Below are positions 1 through 8,645 of a DNA stretch of 14,314 nucleotides, piece after piece (the stretch's first letter is position 1; each line of letters starts with the position of its first letter). The translations under genes were made by a program, and so were the position numbers. The DNA is from Candidatus Hydrogenedentota bacterium. GTDB lineage: Bacteria > Hydrogenedentota > Hydrogenedentia > Hydrogenedentales > SLHB01. Below the pieces are notes generated by a model. It ran no database searches and was not told where the DNA came from. It saw only the letters and a list, made by a program, of their open reading frames with translations. The stretch lies in the NCBI GenBank assembly GCA_034408725.1, contig JAWXCN010000157.1, positions 1-14,314 of the forward strand, read 5' to 3'.

Positions 1-2940
1 ACCCGCCTTGAGTTTCGCGACGCTGCTTTCCGGGTCGCCCTGATTTCCAAAAACGATTGCGCCGCCGGGGCACGCTTGCTGGCATGCGGTCGTGATTTCA
101 CCGTCGCGCACGCTACGGCCTTCCTTTTTGGCGTCAATGCGCGCCAGATTGATGCGCTGCACGCAATACGTACACTTTTCCATGACGCCACGCGTGCGCA
201 CCGTCACGTCCGGGTTATACATCATTTGCAAGGACGGCGAGGTCTGGTCGGAATAATGAAAGAAGTTAAATCGCCGCACCTTGTACGGACAGTTGTTCGA
301 ACAGTACCGCGTGCCGACGCAGCGGTTGTACACCATGTCGTTCAGGCCTTCTTTGCTGTGGACCGTCGCGGCAACGGGGCATACAACTTCGCAGGGCGCG
401 TTTTCGCACTGCATGCACGGCACGGGCTGGTGGACGACTTCGACTTCGCCGGCCGGATCGCCTTTGTAATAACGGTCTACGCGAATCCAGTGCATTTCGC
501 GCGACGCGATTACCTGCTCCTTGCCAACAACCGGAATATTGTTTTCCGCCTGGCACGCGATGATGCAAACGCCGCATCCCGTGCATTTGCTCAGGTCAAT
601 GGTCATTCCCCATGCGTAGCCTTCGTAGGTCGATGGTGGGTACAGGGACTCGGCGTTGCTTGGCTCGTGGCCGGGATGCACGTGTTTCGCGAAATCAGGA
701 TGCTCGTGGTACTCCGCGAGCGTACCAGTTCGCGCGAGCGGCCGGTGTTCTTCGGTCAAAGTCTGGTGCAGTTCCGTGCGCGCGAACTGCGGGCCGCCTT
801 CAATTCGTTTCAGCACCGCCCCCGGCGCAAACCAGGGCGCCGCGGACGTCCTCACGGTATAGGCGTTGTACCCCGTATTGTTGCCGACGTGTCCCGCGCG
901 GGTCCGGCCATATCCAAGGTGCAACGTTACGACATGATCGGGATGTCCGGGCTGTATCCATGCCTGGCCGCGAACAGTGCGTTCTCCGACGGTGACATCA
1001 ACATAATCGAAATTCGATATGCCATGCTCTTCGGCGGTGTGGAAGGAAACCAGGACCGCGTTGTCCCACGTAATGCGCGTGAGCGGCTTCGGCAACTCTT
1101 GTAGCCAGCCGCTATTGGCCCAACGTCCATCGCCGATGGTCGGGTCCGCCTGGAAAGAGACTTCAAGTGCGGACTGTTGCACCGGTTCCTGGGCCCTGGC
1201 TGTAACGCCAGCGCGTACCCGCACCGATTTCACGGGGCTGCCGGTGCCATCGACAATACCCTTGGCCAGTGACTCGCGCCAGAATATTTCAAACGATTCA
1301 GGACGTTGGGTTTGCCAGTATTGACGGACGATGTCGTAGCTCGTGCCGCCTTTTCCAAATAGCGCCGCCAACAACTCGTGGGCCGTTTTACCGCTGTACA
1401 AAGGCGCGATCATCGGTTGAATGAACGTTACCGTCCCATCGTATGCACGGCAGTCGCTCCAGGATTCGAGGTAATGCGCTTCCGGGATGTGCCAGTGGCA
1501 CAAATCGGACGTCTCGTCCTGGTACACGCCCATGTGGATGCGATGATTGACTTTTTGCAGCGCGGCGGCGAAATTCAAATCCGCGGGCGATTCGTAGACC
1601 GGGTTCACGCCTATCATGAAAAGGGTATCGACATTGCCGGCTTCCATGTCGCGGGCCAGTGTCCGCAACGATTCGGTCTGGTCGACAGGTTCGGCTTCAA
1701 TGGAATCCGTGTAAAGCACCGTTGTGCCGGCGTTTCCAAGTGCGTCGTTCATCGCATGGACAATTGCATGGACGATGGGGGGCTGGTTGTCACCCGCGAT
1801 AATGATAGATTTGCCGGCATGCGCTTGCAGGTCCCCGGCGACTGCGTCAACGAATTTTGCGTGCGCTGCATCAGGCTCGGCGCCGGGTGCTTCGAGACCC
1901 AGCTTGCGCGCGATCGCGCGGGCAAAAGTCTCGATCTGGGACGGGCGCGCGTGAAGGTGGTTATCGGCAGTGGCGCCGGTTAATGTCGGCGAGCTCTCGA
2001 TTACATATAGCCGGTTCATCACCGCGCCATCCTCGGCGCTCCGGCGGCTTGTGAAATCGCGAGAATAGCGCACGCGCGTCGGCCCGTCACTCAGGAAATT
2101 AGAATCCAGGGATAACACGACGTCAGCGACATCAAACTGATGGACCGTGTTGACCGCGTCGTCGAACGCGATACGCGCGCCAGCCTTTGCATTGTCGCGG
2201 TTCACTGGTTCGTACTGGTGCCAGCGAGCGCCTGGGACCGTCGTCAGAAATTCGTTCAACTGCGCCGTGAGCGTCGGAGAAGTAACCGTGCCGGTCAAAA
2301 GGCGGATGCCAGAATCGGGTTTGTCCCGAAGACCCTGACTCAACTTAGCGCCCGAAGTCGGGTCTTTCTCGCCGTTGATCTGCACATCCAGGGCCGCGAC
2401 AAAAGTTTCCCAAGTCGTGATCGTTCCCCGGCGCAGGGCGACGGTCGAACGATCCGGGTCGTAGAGCGACAGTATCGATGCTTGCGCAAAAATATCCGTG
2501 GAACCGAGGCTCGCGGGATGATGCGGATTGCCCTCGACCTTGGTCGGGCGGCCCATGTGGTTCTCGGCAAGCAAACCCATCGCGTACCCGCTGAGGGGCA
2601 TTGCCGTTGCAAACATCAGGGCATTGCCCGGCGTCAATTCTGCCGGGGGCTTGACGTACGGCACAATATGTTCGTCAGGCTGGCGCGAACACGCCGCCGT
2701 GACACCCGCGAGCGCGAGCGACGCGCCCATGCACTTCAGGAAACTGCGGCGTTCCACCGCTGTTGCAAGCACGGATGCGCCACGCGGAAATTCCCGGTGA
2801 AGCATGTCCATGAACCCGTCCGTCTCGGCGAGTTCTTCCAGGCTGCGCCAATATTCCGGCCCGCGCTTCGACGCCAGTTTTTGGCGGACTGCACCCAGAT
2901 CGATTGGCTCTGCCACTGATATAGACTCTTCATGTGTCAC
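1..2940 (-). CDS. actB: Alternative complex III subunit ActB (molybdopterin-oxidoreductase-like domain fused to a 4Fe-4S domain), 3' end runs off the window
   Basis: Both ends translated by hand in one frame. GTG start at 2940 (alternative GTG 2916) gives MTHEESISVAEPIDLGAVRQKLASKRGPEYWRSLEELAETDGFMDMLHREFP...ERRSFLKCMGASLALAGVTAACSRQPDEHIVPYV...GRPTKVEGNPHHPASLG. The C-terminal part carries Fe-S motifs WGMTIDLSKCTGCGVCIIACQAENNIP, CMQCENAPCEVVCP, RCVGTRYCSNNCPYKVRRFN, GVMEKCTYCVQRI and TACQQACP. It lies directly downstream of actA. The middle was not translated codon by codon. Confidence 0.93.
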   Translation of the reverse strand, partial: MTHEESISVAEPIDLGAVRQKLASKRGPEYWRSLEELAETDGFMDMLHREFPRGASVLATAVERRSFLKCMGASLALAGVTAACSRQPDEHIVPYVKPPAELTPGNALMFATAMPLSGYAMGLLAENHMGRPTKVEGNPHHPASLGSTDIFAQASILSLYDPDRSTVALRRGTITTWETFVAALDVQINGEKDPTSGAKLSQGLRDKPDSGIRLLTGTVTSPTLTAQLNEFLTTVPGARWHQYEPVNRDNAKAGARIAFDDAVNTVHQFDVADVVLSLDSNFLSDGPTRVRYSRDFTSRRSAEDGAVMNRLYVIESSPTLTGATADNHLHARPSQIETFARAIARKLGLEAPGAEPDAAHAKFVDAVAGDLQAHAGKSIIIAGDNQPPIVHAIVHAMNDALGNAGTTVLYTDSIEAEPVDQTESLRTLARDMEAGNVDTLFMIGVNPVYESPADLNFAAALQKVNHRIHMGVYQDETSDLCHWHIPEAHYLESWSDCRAYDGTVTFIQPMIAPLYSGKTAHELLAALFGKGGTSYDIVRQYWQTQRPESFEIFWRESLAKGIVDGTGSPVKSVRVRAGVTARAQEPVQQSALEVSFQADPTIGDGRWANSGWLQELPKPLTRITWDNAVLVSFHTAEEHGISNFDYVDVTVGERTVRGQAWIQPGHPDHVVTLHLGYGRTRAGHVGNNTGYNAYTVRTSAAPWFAPGAVLKRIEGGPQFARTELHQTLTEEHRPLARTGTLAEYHEHPDFAKHVHPGHEPSNAESLYPPSTYEGYAWGMTIDLSKCTGCGVCIIACQAENNIPVVGKEQVIASREMHWIRVDRYYKGDPAGEVEVVHQPVPCMQCENAPCEVVCPVAATVHSKEGLNDMVYNRCVGTRYCSNNCPYKVRRFNFFHYSDQTSPSLQMMYNPDVTVRTRGVMEKCTYCVQRINLARIDAKKEGRSVRDGEITTACQQACPGGAIVFGNQGDPESSVAKLKAG

Positions 2941-2964
2941 GGTTCAGGCTACCCGTTTCTTAGT

Positions 2965-3657
2965 TTATCGATGGCAAATGGAGCAATTGGTAAGCTGCTC
3001 CTTGTTGATTCCCAATTGCTGGACCAATTGCGGTCCAATCTCAGTTTGCTTCAATGGTTCCGGCTCGCCGGTCACCGGGTTTTTGTTTGTGCCGGGGGTC
3101 CACTGCATATCAAAAACCTTATCCGCTGGCCGGATGAATTTTTCAGGGTGTTCGTGGCAATTGAGGCACCACTTCATGTGAAGGGTTTCGGCTTTCATCA
3201 TCAACGGCATATCGTCCACCTGACCATGGCAGGTTACGCAACCGATGCCGCGGTTGACGTGGATACTGTGGTTGAAATAAACGAAATCAGGAAGATCGTT
3301 GATGCGGTTCCATTCGAGCGGCTGGCCGGTGTCCCAGCTTTCGCGGACAGGAGCCAGCATGGGCGCCTCGGTCCATACCTGGGAATGACAGGTCATGCAC
3401 GTTTCGGTTGGAGGAATCCCAGCGAATGTTCCCGTTTCCACCGTCGTATGGCAATACCGGCAATCAATGCCCATTGCTTGAACGTGGTGCCGGTGGCTGA
3501 AAGGAACTGGTTGCTCTTTTGCGACGTTTACGTTCGTGCCAAACGGAGACCAATACATGTGCATGGCCCCCGCTCCACCTGCTAGGACGAAGAGCAATCC
3601 CCCGACAATCGTGACGCGGGCGACGGTATTAAAACTGGACGGAAAAAGTTGAGCCAC
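2965..3657 (-). CDS. actA: Alternative complex III pentaheme cytochrome c subunit ActA (cytochrome c3 family)
   Basis: 230 aa with an N-terminal MAQLF motif, one hydrophobic helix and QPVPFSHRHH. Five CxxCH motifs (CRYCH, CMTCH, CVTCH, CLNCH, CSICH) and LPDFVYFNHSIH. SD-like GAGGT just upstream of the GTG start. Adjacent to actB. Confidence 0.93.
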   Translation of the reverse strand: MAQLFPSSFNTVARVTIVGGLLFVLAGGAGAMHMYWSPFGTNVNVAKEQPVPFSHRHHVQAMGIDCRYCHTTVETGTFAGIPPTETCMTCHSQVWTEAPMLAPVRESWDTGQPLEWNRINDLPDFVYFNHSIHVNRGIGCVTCHGQVDDMPLMMKAETLHMKWCLNCHEHPEKFIRPADKVFDMQWTPGTNKNPVTGEPEPLKQTEIGPQLVQQLGINKEQLTNCSICHR

Positions 3658-3770
3658 GGCTACCTCAAGTCTAATCCATTCGCGCTCAATGAGTTATGCG
3701 AATGCGTCCGCAAAAAACCTATCTACTGTTTGGTAGAATACCAAGGAAATACCACCAAAATCAAGTCTAT

Positions 3771-3786
3771 CGTGATTAACATCACA
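3771..3786. promoter_or_regulatory. CRP/FNR-family (or Rex-type) operator-like palindrome
   Basis: The plus strand reads CGTGA-TTAACA-TCACA and the minus strand AATTGTGA-TGTTAA-TCACG. This is a 9/10 match to the CRP core TGTGA-N6-TCACA with AT-rich flanks, ~115 bp upstream of actA. Confidence 0.55.
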
Positions 3787-3946
3787 ATTAAAAACCGGCC
3801 ATGTCCTACCCCGTAAATGGCATTGGCTCGGATTCATGATTTCCCCCACAATTCCTACCGCGAATGAGGCAACTCCTCGGGTTCGCCACGTCGCGGCTGC
3901 GCACGCCGCATACCTGTAAACAGGTTCAGACAGTCGCAGAGACCGG

Positions 3947-3975
3947 ACTATATACGGTTTAAAAATCAATGTCAA
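3947..3975 (-). promoter_or_regulatory. Sigma70-type promoter directed toward actA
   Basis: The minus strand reads TTGACA (3975-3970), a 17-nt spacer, then TATAGT (3952-3947): perfect -35, 5/6 -10, optimal spacing. Confidence 0.7.
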
Positions 3976-3977
3976 CT

Positions 3978-3997
3978 TTCGTGTGAATCTTCACGAA
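3978..3997. promoter_or_regulatory. Operator-like palindrome (GTG-N8-CAC, Rex/CRP-type spacing) abutting the -35 box
   Basis: TTCGTG-TGAATCTT-CACGAA has perfect 6-bp arms and lies 2 bp upstream of the TTGACA hexamer. Confidence 0.5.
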
Positions 3998-4305
3998 TTC
4001 ATAAGAATTGAAGCGCACATGGTCTTAATTTGAGATGAAATCCCTAACCGGAAACTCGCCCAAAGCGGCGCTTTTACAACAAAGACCGCCGAGCACAAGA
4101 CGGAGATAAGGCCCGAACGCGAAAGAATGACCCAAGTATAGGCGAACCATGATAAACGGCTGTAAACCGAGGAATGGAGCAGCCAAGCAAACTGTTGCCT
4201 ATATTAGGTTCACTAAACGTACAGTAAAGTGCCTCAATCATAGTCTTCAAATCCTGACTTCCCATGAGGTCCGTATCGAATATGGGCTTCAAGGGGAGGT
4301 AATTC

Positions 4306-7300
4306 ATGTCTGCGAGCGATTTCGATTCCTTTCCTTTCGGCGATGATGCGACTACGGACGATGTATTCACGGAGGTCCGGCACGAAGAGGCTTTGCTCAA
4401 AACGGGAGCCTTGCAAAACGCGATCTTCAACAGCGCCAACTTCTCGAGTATCGCCACTGACGAAAAAGGCGTGATTCAGTTGTTCAACGTTGGGGCGGAG
4501 CGTATGCTCGGGTATGCCGCCGCGGATGTGGTGAACAGGATCACCCCAGCCGACATTTCTGACCCGCGTGAAGTGATTTCCCGCGCCAAGGCGCTAAGCG
4601 TGGAACTCGCGACTCCGATTACACCGGGGTTCGAGGCATTGGTTTTCAAGGCCTCTCGCGGTATCGAGGACATTTATGAGCTGACTTACATTCGCAAAGA
4701 TGGCAGCCGCTTCCCGGCTGTCGTGTCCGTCACCGCGCTTCGCGACGCGCAAGACGCGATCATTGGCTACCTGTTGATCGGCACTGATAATACCGCGCGC
4801 AAACAGGCGGAAGAGGCACTGCTTGCGGCAGGCGCGTTGCAGAACGCGATTTTCAACAGCGCCAACTTCTCGAGTATCGCGACCGACGAAAAAGGCGTCA
4901 TACAGTTATTCAACGTTGGGGCGGAGCGTATGCTCGGATATGCCGCCGCCGACGTGGTCAATAAAATTACCCCCGCCGACATTTCTGACCCGCGTGAAGT
5001 GATTGCCCGCGCCAAGGCGCTAAGCGTGGAACTTGCCACTCCCATTACGCCGGGCTTCGAGGCCCTGGTGTTCAAGGCCTCACGCGGGATCGAGGATATC
5101 TACGAGCTGACCTACGTTCGCAAGGACGGCAGCCGCTTTCCGGCCGTCGTGTCGGTCACGGCGCTGCGCGACGATCAAGGCGGAATCATCGGGTACCTGT
5201 TGATAGGCACCGATAACTCCGCGCGCAAGGAGGCGGAAGAGGCCCTGCTCAAGGCGGGCGCCTTGCAGAGCGCCATTTTCAACAGCGCCAACTTCTCGAG
5301 CATCGCCACCGACGCGAAGGGCGTCATTCAGATATTCAACGTTGGCGCGGAACGCATGCTGGGCTACGAGGCCGCAGAGGTGATGAACAAAATCACCCCC
5401 GCCGACATATCCGATCCGGAGGAAGTTGTCGCGCGCGCAAAAGCGTTGAGCATCGAACTCGGGACTCCAATTACCCCGGGATTCGAGGCGCTGGTGTTCA
5501 AGGCCGCGCGCGGGATCGAGGACATCTATGAACTAACCTACTTCCGCAAGGATGGCAGCCGGTTCCCGGCGGTCGTGTCCGTCACGGCGTTGCGCGACGC
5601 GCAGGACGCCATCATCGGCTATCTGTTGATCGGCACCGACAACACGGCGCGCAAGCACGCGGAAGAGGCGCTGCTCAAGGCGGGGGCCCTGCAGAGCGCG
5701 ATTTTCAACAGCGAGAACTTCTCGAGCATCGCCACCGACGCGAAGGGCGTCATCCAGATATTCAATGTCGGCGCCGAGCGGATGCTGGGCTACACGGCCG
5801 CCGAAGTGATGAACAAGATTACGCCGGCCGACATATCCGATCCAGAGGAAGTGATTGCGCGGGCCAAGGCGCTGAGCGTCGAGCTTGGGACCCCGATTGC
5901 CCCGGGCTTCGAGGCGTTGGTATTCAAGGCCTCGCGCGGCATCGAGGACATCTACGAACTGACCTACATTCGTAAAGACGGCAGCCGCTTTCCGGCCGTC
6001 GTGTCGGTCACGGCGCTGCGCGACGCGCAGGACGCCATCATCGGCTATCTGCTGATCGGCACTGAGCTCAAGGCGGGGGCCCTGCAGAGCGCGATTTTCA
6101 ACAGCGCCAATTTCTCGAGTATCGCCACCGACGCGAAGGGCGTTATACAGATATTCAACGTCGGCGCCGAGCGGATGCTGGGCTACACGGCCGCCGAAGT
6201 GATGAACAAGATTACGCCGGCCGACATATCCGATCCAGAGGAAGTAATTGCGCGGGCCAGGGCGCTGAGCGTCGAGCTTGGGACCCCGATTACCCCGGGC
6301 TTCGAGGCGTTGGTATTCAAAGCCTCGCGCGGTATCGAGGACATTTACGAGCTGACCTACATCCGTAAGGACGGCAGTCGCTTTCCGGCCGTCGTGTCGG
6401 TTACGGCGCTGCGAGACGCTCAAGGCGGAATCATCGGATATCTGCTGATCGGCACCGATAACTCCGCGCGCAAAGAGGCGGAAGAGGCGCTGCTCAAGGC
6501 GGGGGCCCTGCAGAGCGCGATTTTCAACAGCGCCAACTTCTCGAGCATCGCCACCGACGCGAAGGGCGTCATCCAGATATTCAACGTCGGCGCCGAGCGG
6601 ATGCTGGGCTACACGGCCGCCGACGTGATGAACAAGATCACGCCGGCCGACATCTCCGATCCGGAGGAAGTAGTCGCGCGCGCCAAGGCGTTGAGCGTCG
6701 AGCTTTCGACGCCGATTACGCCAGGCTTCGAGGCGCTGGTGTTTAAGGCTTCGCGCGGGATCGAGGACATTTACGAGTTGACCTACATTCGAAAGGATGG
6801 AAGCCGCTTTCCGGCCATGGTGTCGGTTACGGCGCTGCGCGACGCTCAAGGCGAAATCATCGGCTACCTATTAATCGGCACCGATAACACGGCGCGCAAG
6901 GAGGTCGAAGCGGACCAGAAACAACTCGATCAGCGCCTGCGCGACCAGCAGTTCTACACACGCTCGCTCATCGAGTCGAACATCGACGCGCTGATGACGA
7001 CCGATCCGGCCGGCATCATCACCGACGTCAACAAGCAGATGGAAGCGCTCACCGGTTGCACGCGCGACGAGTTGATCGGCGCGCCGTTCAGGAGTTACTT
7101 CACCGATCCGGAGCGGGCCGAAGCGGCTATCAAGCTGGTGCTGAGCGAGAAGAAAGTCACTGACTACGAACTCACGGCGTGCGCCCGGGACGGCAAGAAA
7201 ACAGTGGTGTCCTACAACGCGACCACCTTCTACGACCGGGACCGGAAGTTGCAGGGCGTGTTCGCCTCCGCGCGCGACGTCACGGAGCGCAAACGCTTTG

Positions 7301-8505
7301 AGCAGGCGCTGCAGCAGACGAACGCCGAGCTCGAGAGCGCAACTTCCGTGGCGGAAAAGGCCAACCTCGCCAAATCGGAGTTCCTTTCCAGCATGAGCCA
7401 CGAGCTTCGCAGCCCGCTCAATGCCATCCTTGGCTTCGCGCAACTGATGGAGTCCGCCTCCCCAATGCCAACGGCCTCCCAGGCGGAAAGCATCGCCCAG
7501 ATACTGCAAGCGGGGTGGCATCTGCTTAAGCTCATAAATGAAATCCTCGATCTGGCGGTGATCGAGTCCGGAAAGGTTTCGCTATCGCCGGAATCGGTGT
7601 CATTGACCGAGGTGATGGCCGAATGCCAAGCCATGATGGAGCCGCAGGCGCAACAGCGTGGCATCTGCATGACCTTCCCCCGGTGCGACAGCCCCCTCTT
7701 TGTTAAAGCTGACCGCACCCGCCTGAAGCAGATTATCATCAACCTGCTTTCCAACGCGATCAAATACAACACGGAGCAGGGAAAAGTCGTCGTAATTTAC
7801 ACCACGAGCACTCCGGGACGCGTTCGTATTGGCGTCAGGGACACCGGTGTGGGACTATCTCCGGAAAAGCTGACGCAACTCTTCCAGCCGTTCAATCGAC
7901 TCGGACAAGAGGCGGGCGGCGTGGCGGGCACGGGCATCGGCCTGGTGGTGACGAAACGACTGGCCGAACTAATGGGGGGGATGCTCGGCGTAGAAAGCAC
8001 TGTGGGCGCGGGGAGCGTGTTCTGGTGCGAGCTGACCGCGAGCGCGGAACCGCAACTTGTGATCGAACCCAACGAGGCCCCCTTATTTGACGAACCACCA
8101 ATGCCGACGGGCGCGCGGGCGCGCACCCTGCTCTATGTCGAAGACAACCCGGCGAACATGAAGCTGGTGGAGCAACTCATCGCGCGGCGCCCGGACATAC
8201 GGTTGTTGACCGCGGTGGACGGAACCCTCGGCATAGAGATAGCGCGCACCACTCTGCCGACGGTGATCCTGATGGATATCAATCTGCCCGGCATCAGTGG
8301 AATCGAAGCCTTGAAAATTCTGCGCGAAGACCCGGCCACGGCCCACATCCCCGTTGTTGCCCTCAGCGCCAACGCAATGCCCCGCGACATCGAGACGGGC
8401 CTGGACGTTGGTTTCTTTCGCTATCTCACCAAACCAATCAAGGTCAATGAATTCATGGGCACGCTGAACGAAGCATTAGCATTCGCGGAAGAAACGGCCA
8501 CGTAG
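4306..8505 (+). CDS. Cytoplasmic hybrid sensor histidine kinase: 7 PAS domains + HisKA + HATPase_c + C-terminal receiver
   Basis: 1399 aa with a strong SD (GGGGAGGT) before the ATG. PAS/PAC motifs (FNVGAERMLGY, RKDGSRFP, RDVTERK). H-box MSHELRSPLNAILGF, N-box NLLSNAIKY, G1 DTGVG, F-box LFQPF, G2 GTGIGL. Receiver YVEDN...ILMDINLP...ALSA...TKP. No transmembrane stretch is evident. Confidence 0.95.
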   Translation: MSASDFDSFPFGDDATTDDVFTEVRHEEALLKTGALQNAIFNSANFSSIATDEKGVIQLFNVGAERMLGYAAADVVNRITPADISDPREVISRAKALSVELATPITPGFEALVFKASRGIEDIYELTYIRKDGSRFPAVVSVTALRDAQDAIIGYLLIGTDNTARKQAEEALLAAGALQNAIFNSANFSSIATDEKGVIQLFNVGAERMLGYAAADVVNKITPADISDPREVIARAKALSVELATPITPGFEALVFKASRGIEDIYELTYVRKDGSRFPAVVSVTALRDDQGGIIGYLLIGTDNSARKEAEEALLKAGALQSAIFNSANFSSIATDAKGVIQIFNVGAERMLGYEAAEVMNKITPADISDPEEVVARAKALSIELGTPITPGFEALVFKAARGIEDIYELTYFRKDGSRFPAVVSVTALRDAQDAIIGYLLIGTDNTARKHAEEALLKAGALQSAIFNSENFSSIATDAKGVIQIFNVGAERMLGYTAAEVMNKITPADISDPEEVIARAKALSVELGTPIAPGFEALVFKASRGIEDIYELTYIRKDGSRFPAVVSVTALRDAQDAIIGYLLIGTELKAGALQSAIFNSANFSSIATDAKGVIQIFNVGAERMLGYTAAEVMNKITPADISDPEEVIARARALSVELGTPITPGFEALVFKASRGIEDIYELTYIRKDGSRFPAVVSVTALRDAQGGIIGYLLIGTDNSARKEAEEALLKAGALQSAIFNSANFSSIATDAKGVIQIFNVGAERMLGYTAADVMNKITPADISDPEEVVARAKALSVELSTPITPGFEALVFKASRGIEDIYELTYIRKDGSRFPAMVSVTALRDAQGEIIGYLLIGTDNTARKEVEADQKQLDQRLRDQQFYTRSLIESNIDALMTTDPAGIITDVNKQMEALTGCTRDELIGAPFRSYFTDPERAEAAIKLVLSEKKVTDYELTACARDGKKTVVSYNATTFYDRDRKLQGVFASARDVTERKRFEQALQQTNAELESATSVAEKANLAKSEFLSSMSHELRSPLNAILGFAQLMESASPMPTASQAESIAQILQAGWHLLKLINEILDLAVIESGKVSLSPESVSLTEVMAECQAMMEPQAQQRGICMTFPRCDSPLFVKADRTRLKQIIINLLSNAIKYNTEQGKVVVIYTTSTPGRVRIGVRDTGVGLSPEKLTQLFQPFNRLGQEAGGVAGTGIGLVVTKRLAELMGGMLGVESTVGAGSVFWCELTASAEPQLVIEPNEAPLFDEPPMPTGARARTLLYVEDNPANMKLVEQLIARRPDIRLLTAVDGTLGIEIARTTLPTVILMDINLPGISGIEALKILREDPATAHIPVVALSANAMPRDIETGLDVGFFRYLTKPIKVNEFMGTLNEALAFAEETAT
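4405..6900 (+). repeat. Six tandem intragenic PAS repeats, 426-bp period (one 393-bp unit)
   Basis: The GALQ(N/S)AIFNS motif starts at 4405, 4831, 5257, 5683, 6076 and 6502 (spacings 426, 426, 426, 393, 426). Protein sequence is nearly identical while codons differ synonymously. Confidence 0.95.
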
Positions 8506-8557
8506 ATTTTCCCCTGTCAGGATTTTTCGCGTGAGGAACGTTGCCAGCTAATCCGGA

Positions 8558-8586
8558 TTGTTGCTATTCCTCAATGCCGTTAGAAT
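8558..8586 (+). promoter_or_regulatory. Possible internal promoter for the two response regulators
   Basis: TTGTTG, a 17-nt spacer, then TAGAAT in the 140-bp AT-rich gap after the kinase. The -35 match is weak. Confidence 0.25.
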
Positions 8587-8645
8587 AATATGGGACGAGA
8601 TTGCCGCAAAAATTCTATTCCACGCACCGAAAAGGGAACGATAGC

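Noticed and set aside
76-3585. Long plus-strand ORFs (76-1104, 1378-1983, 2140-2919, 2932-3585)
   Set aside because: Antisense shadows in codon register with actB/actA, with no recognisable motifs.
3858-4203. Known riboswitches (ZTP-like CGCGAC.TGGCGAA near 3880-3895 minus; fluoride-like ATGGTTCGCC near 4141-4150 minus; c-di-GMP-I)
   Set aside because: Only short motif resemblances. The required helices and conserved partner motifs were not found.
4405-6900. PAS array as an assembly artefact, CRISPR array or DGR template/variable repeats
   Set aside because: Each copy has its own synonymous changes, the period is 426 bp and in frame, there are no spacers, differences are not adenine-specific by inspection, and no cas or reverse-transcriptase gene is present in the window.
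8601-8645. TTG start of the HD-GYP regulator
   Set aside because: ATG 8646 has a better SD and matches the paralogue's N-terminus.
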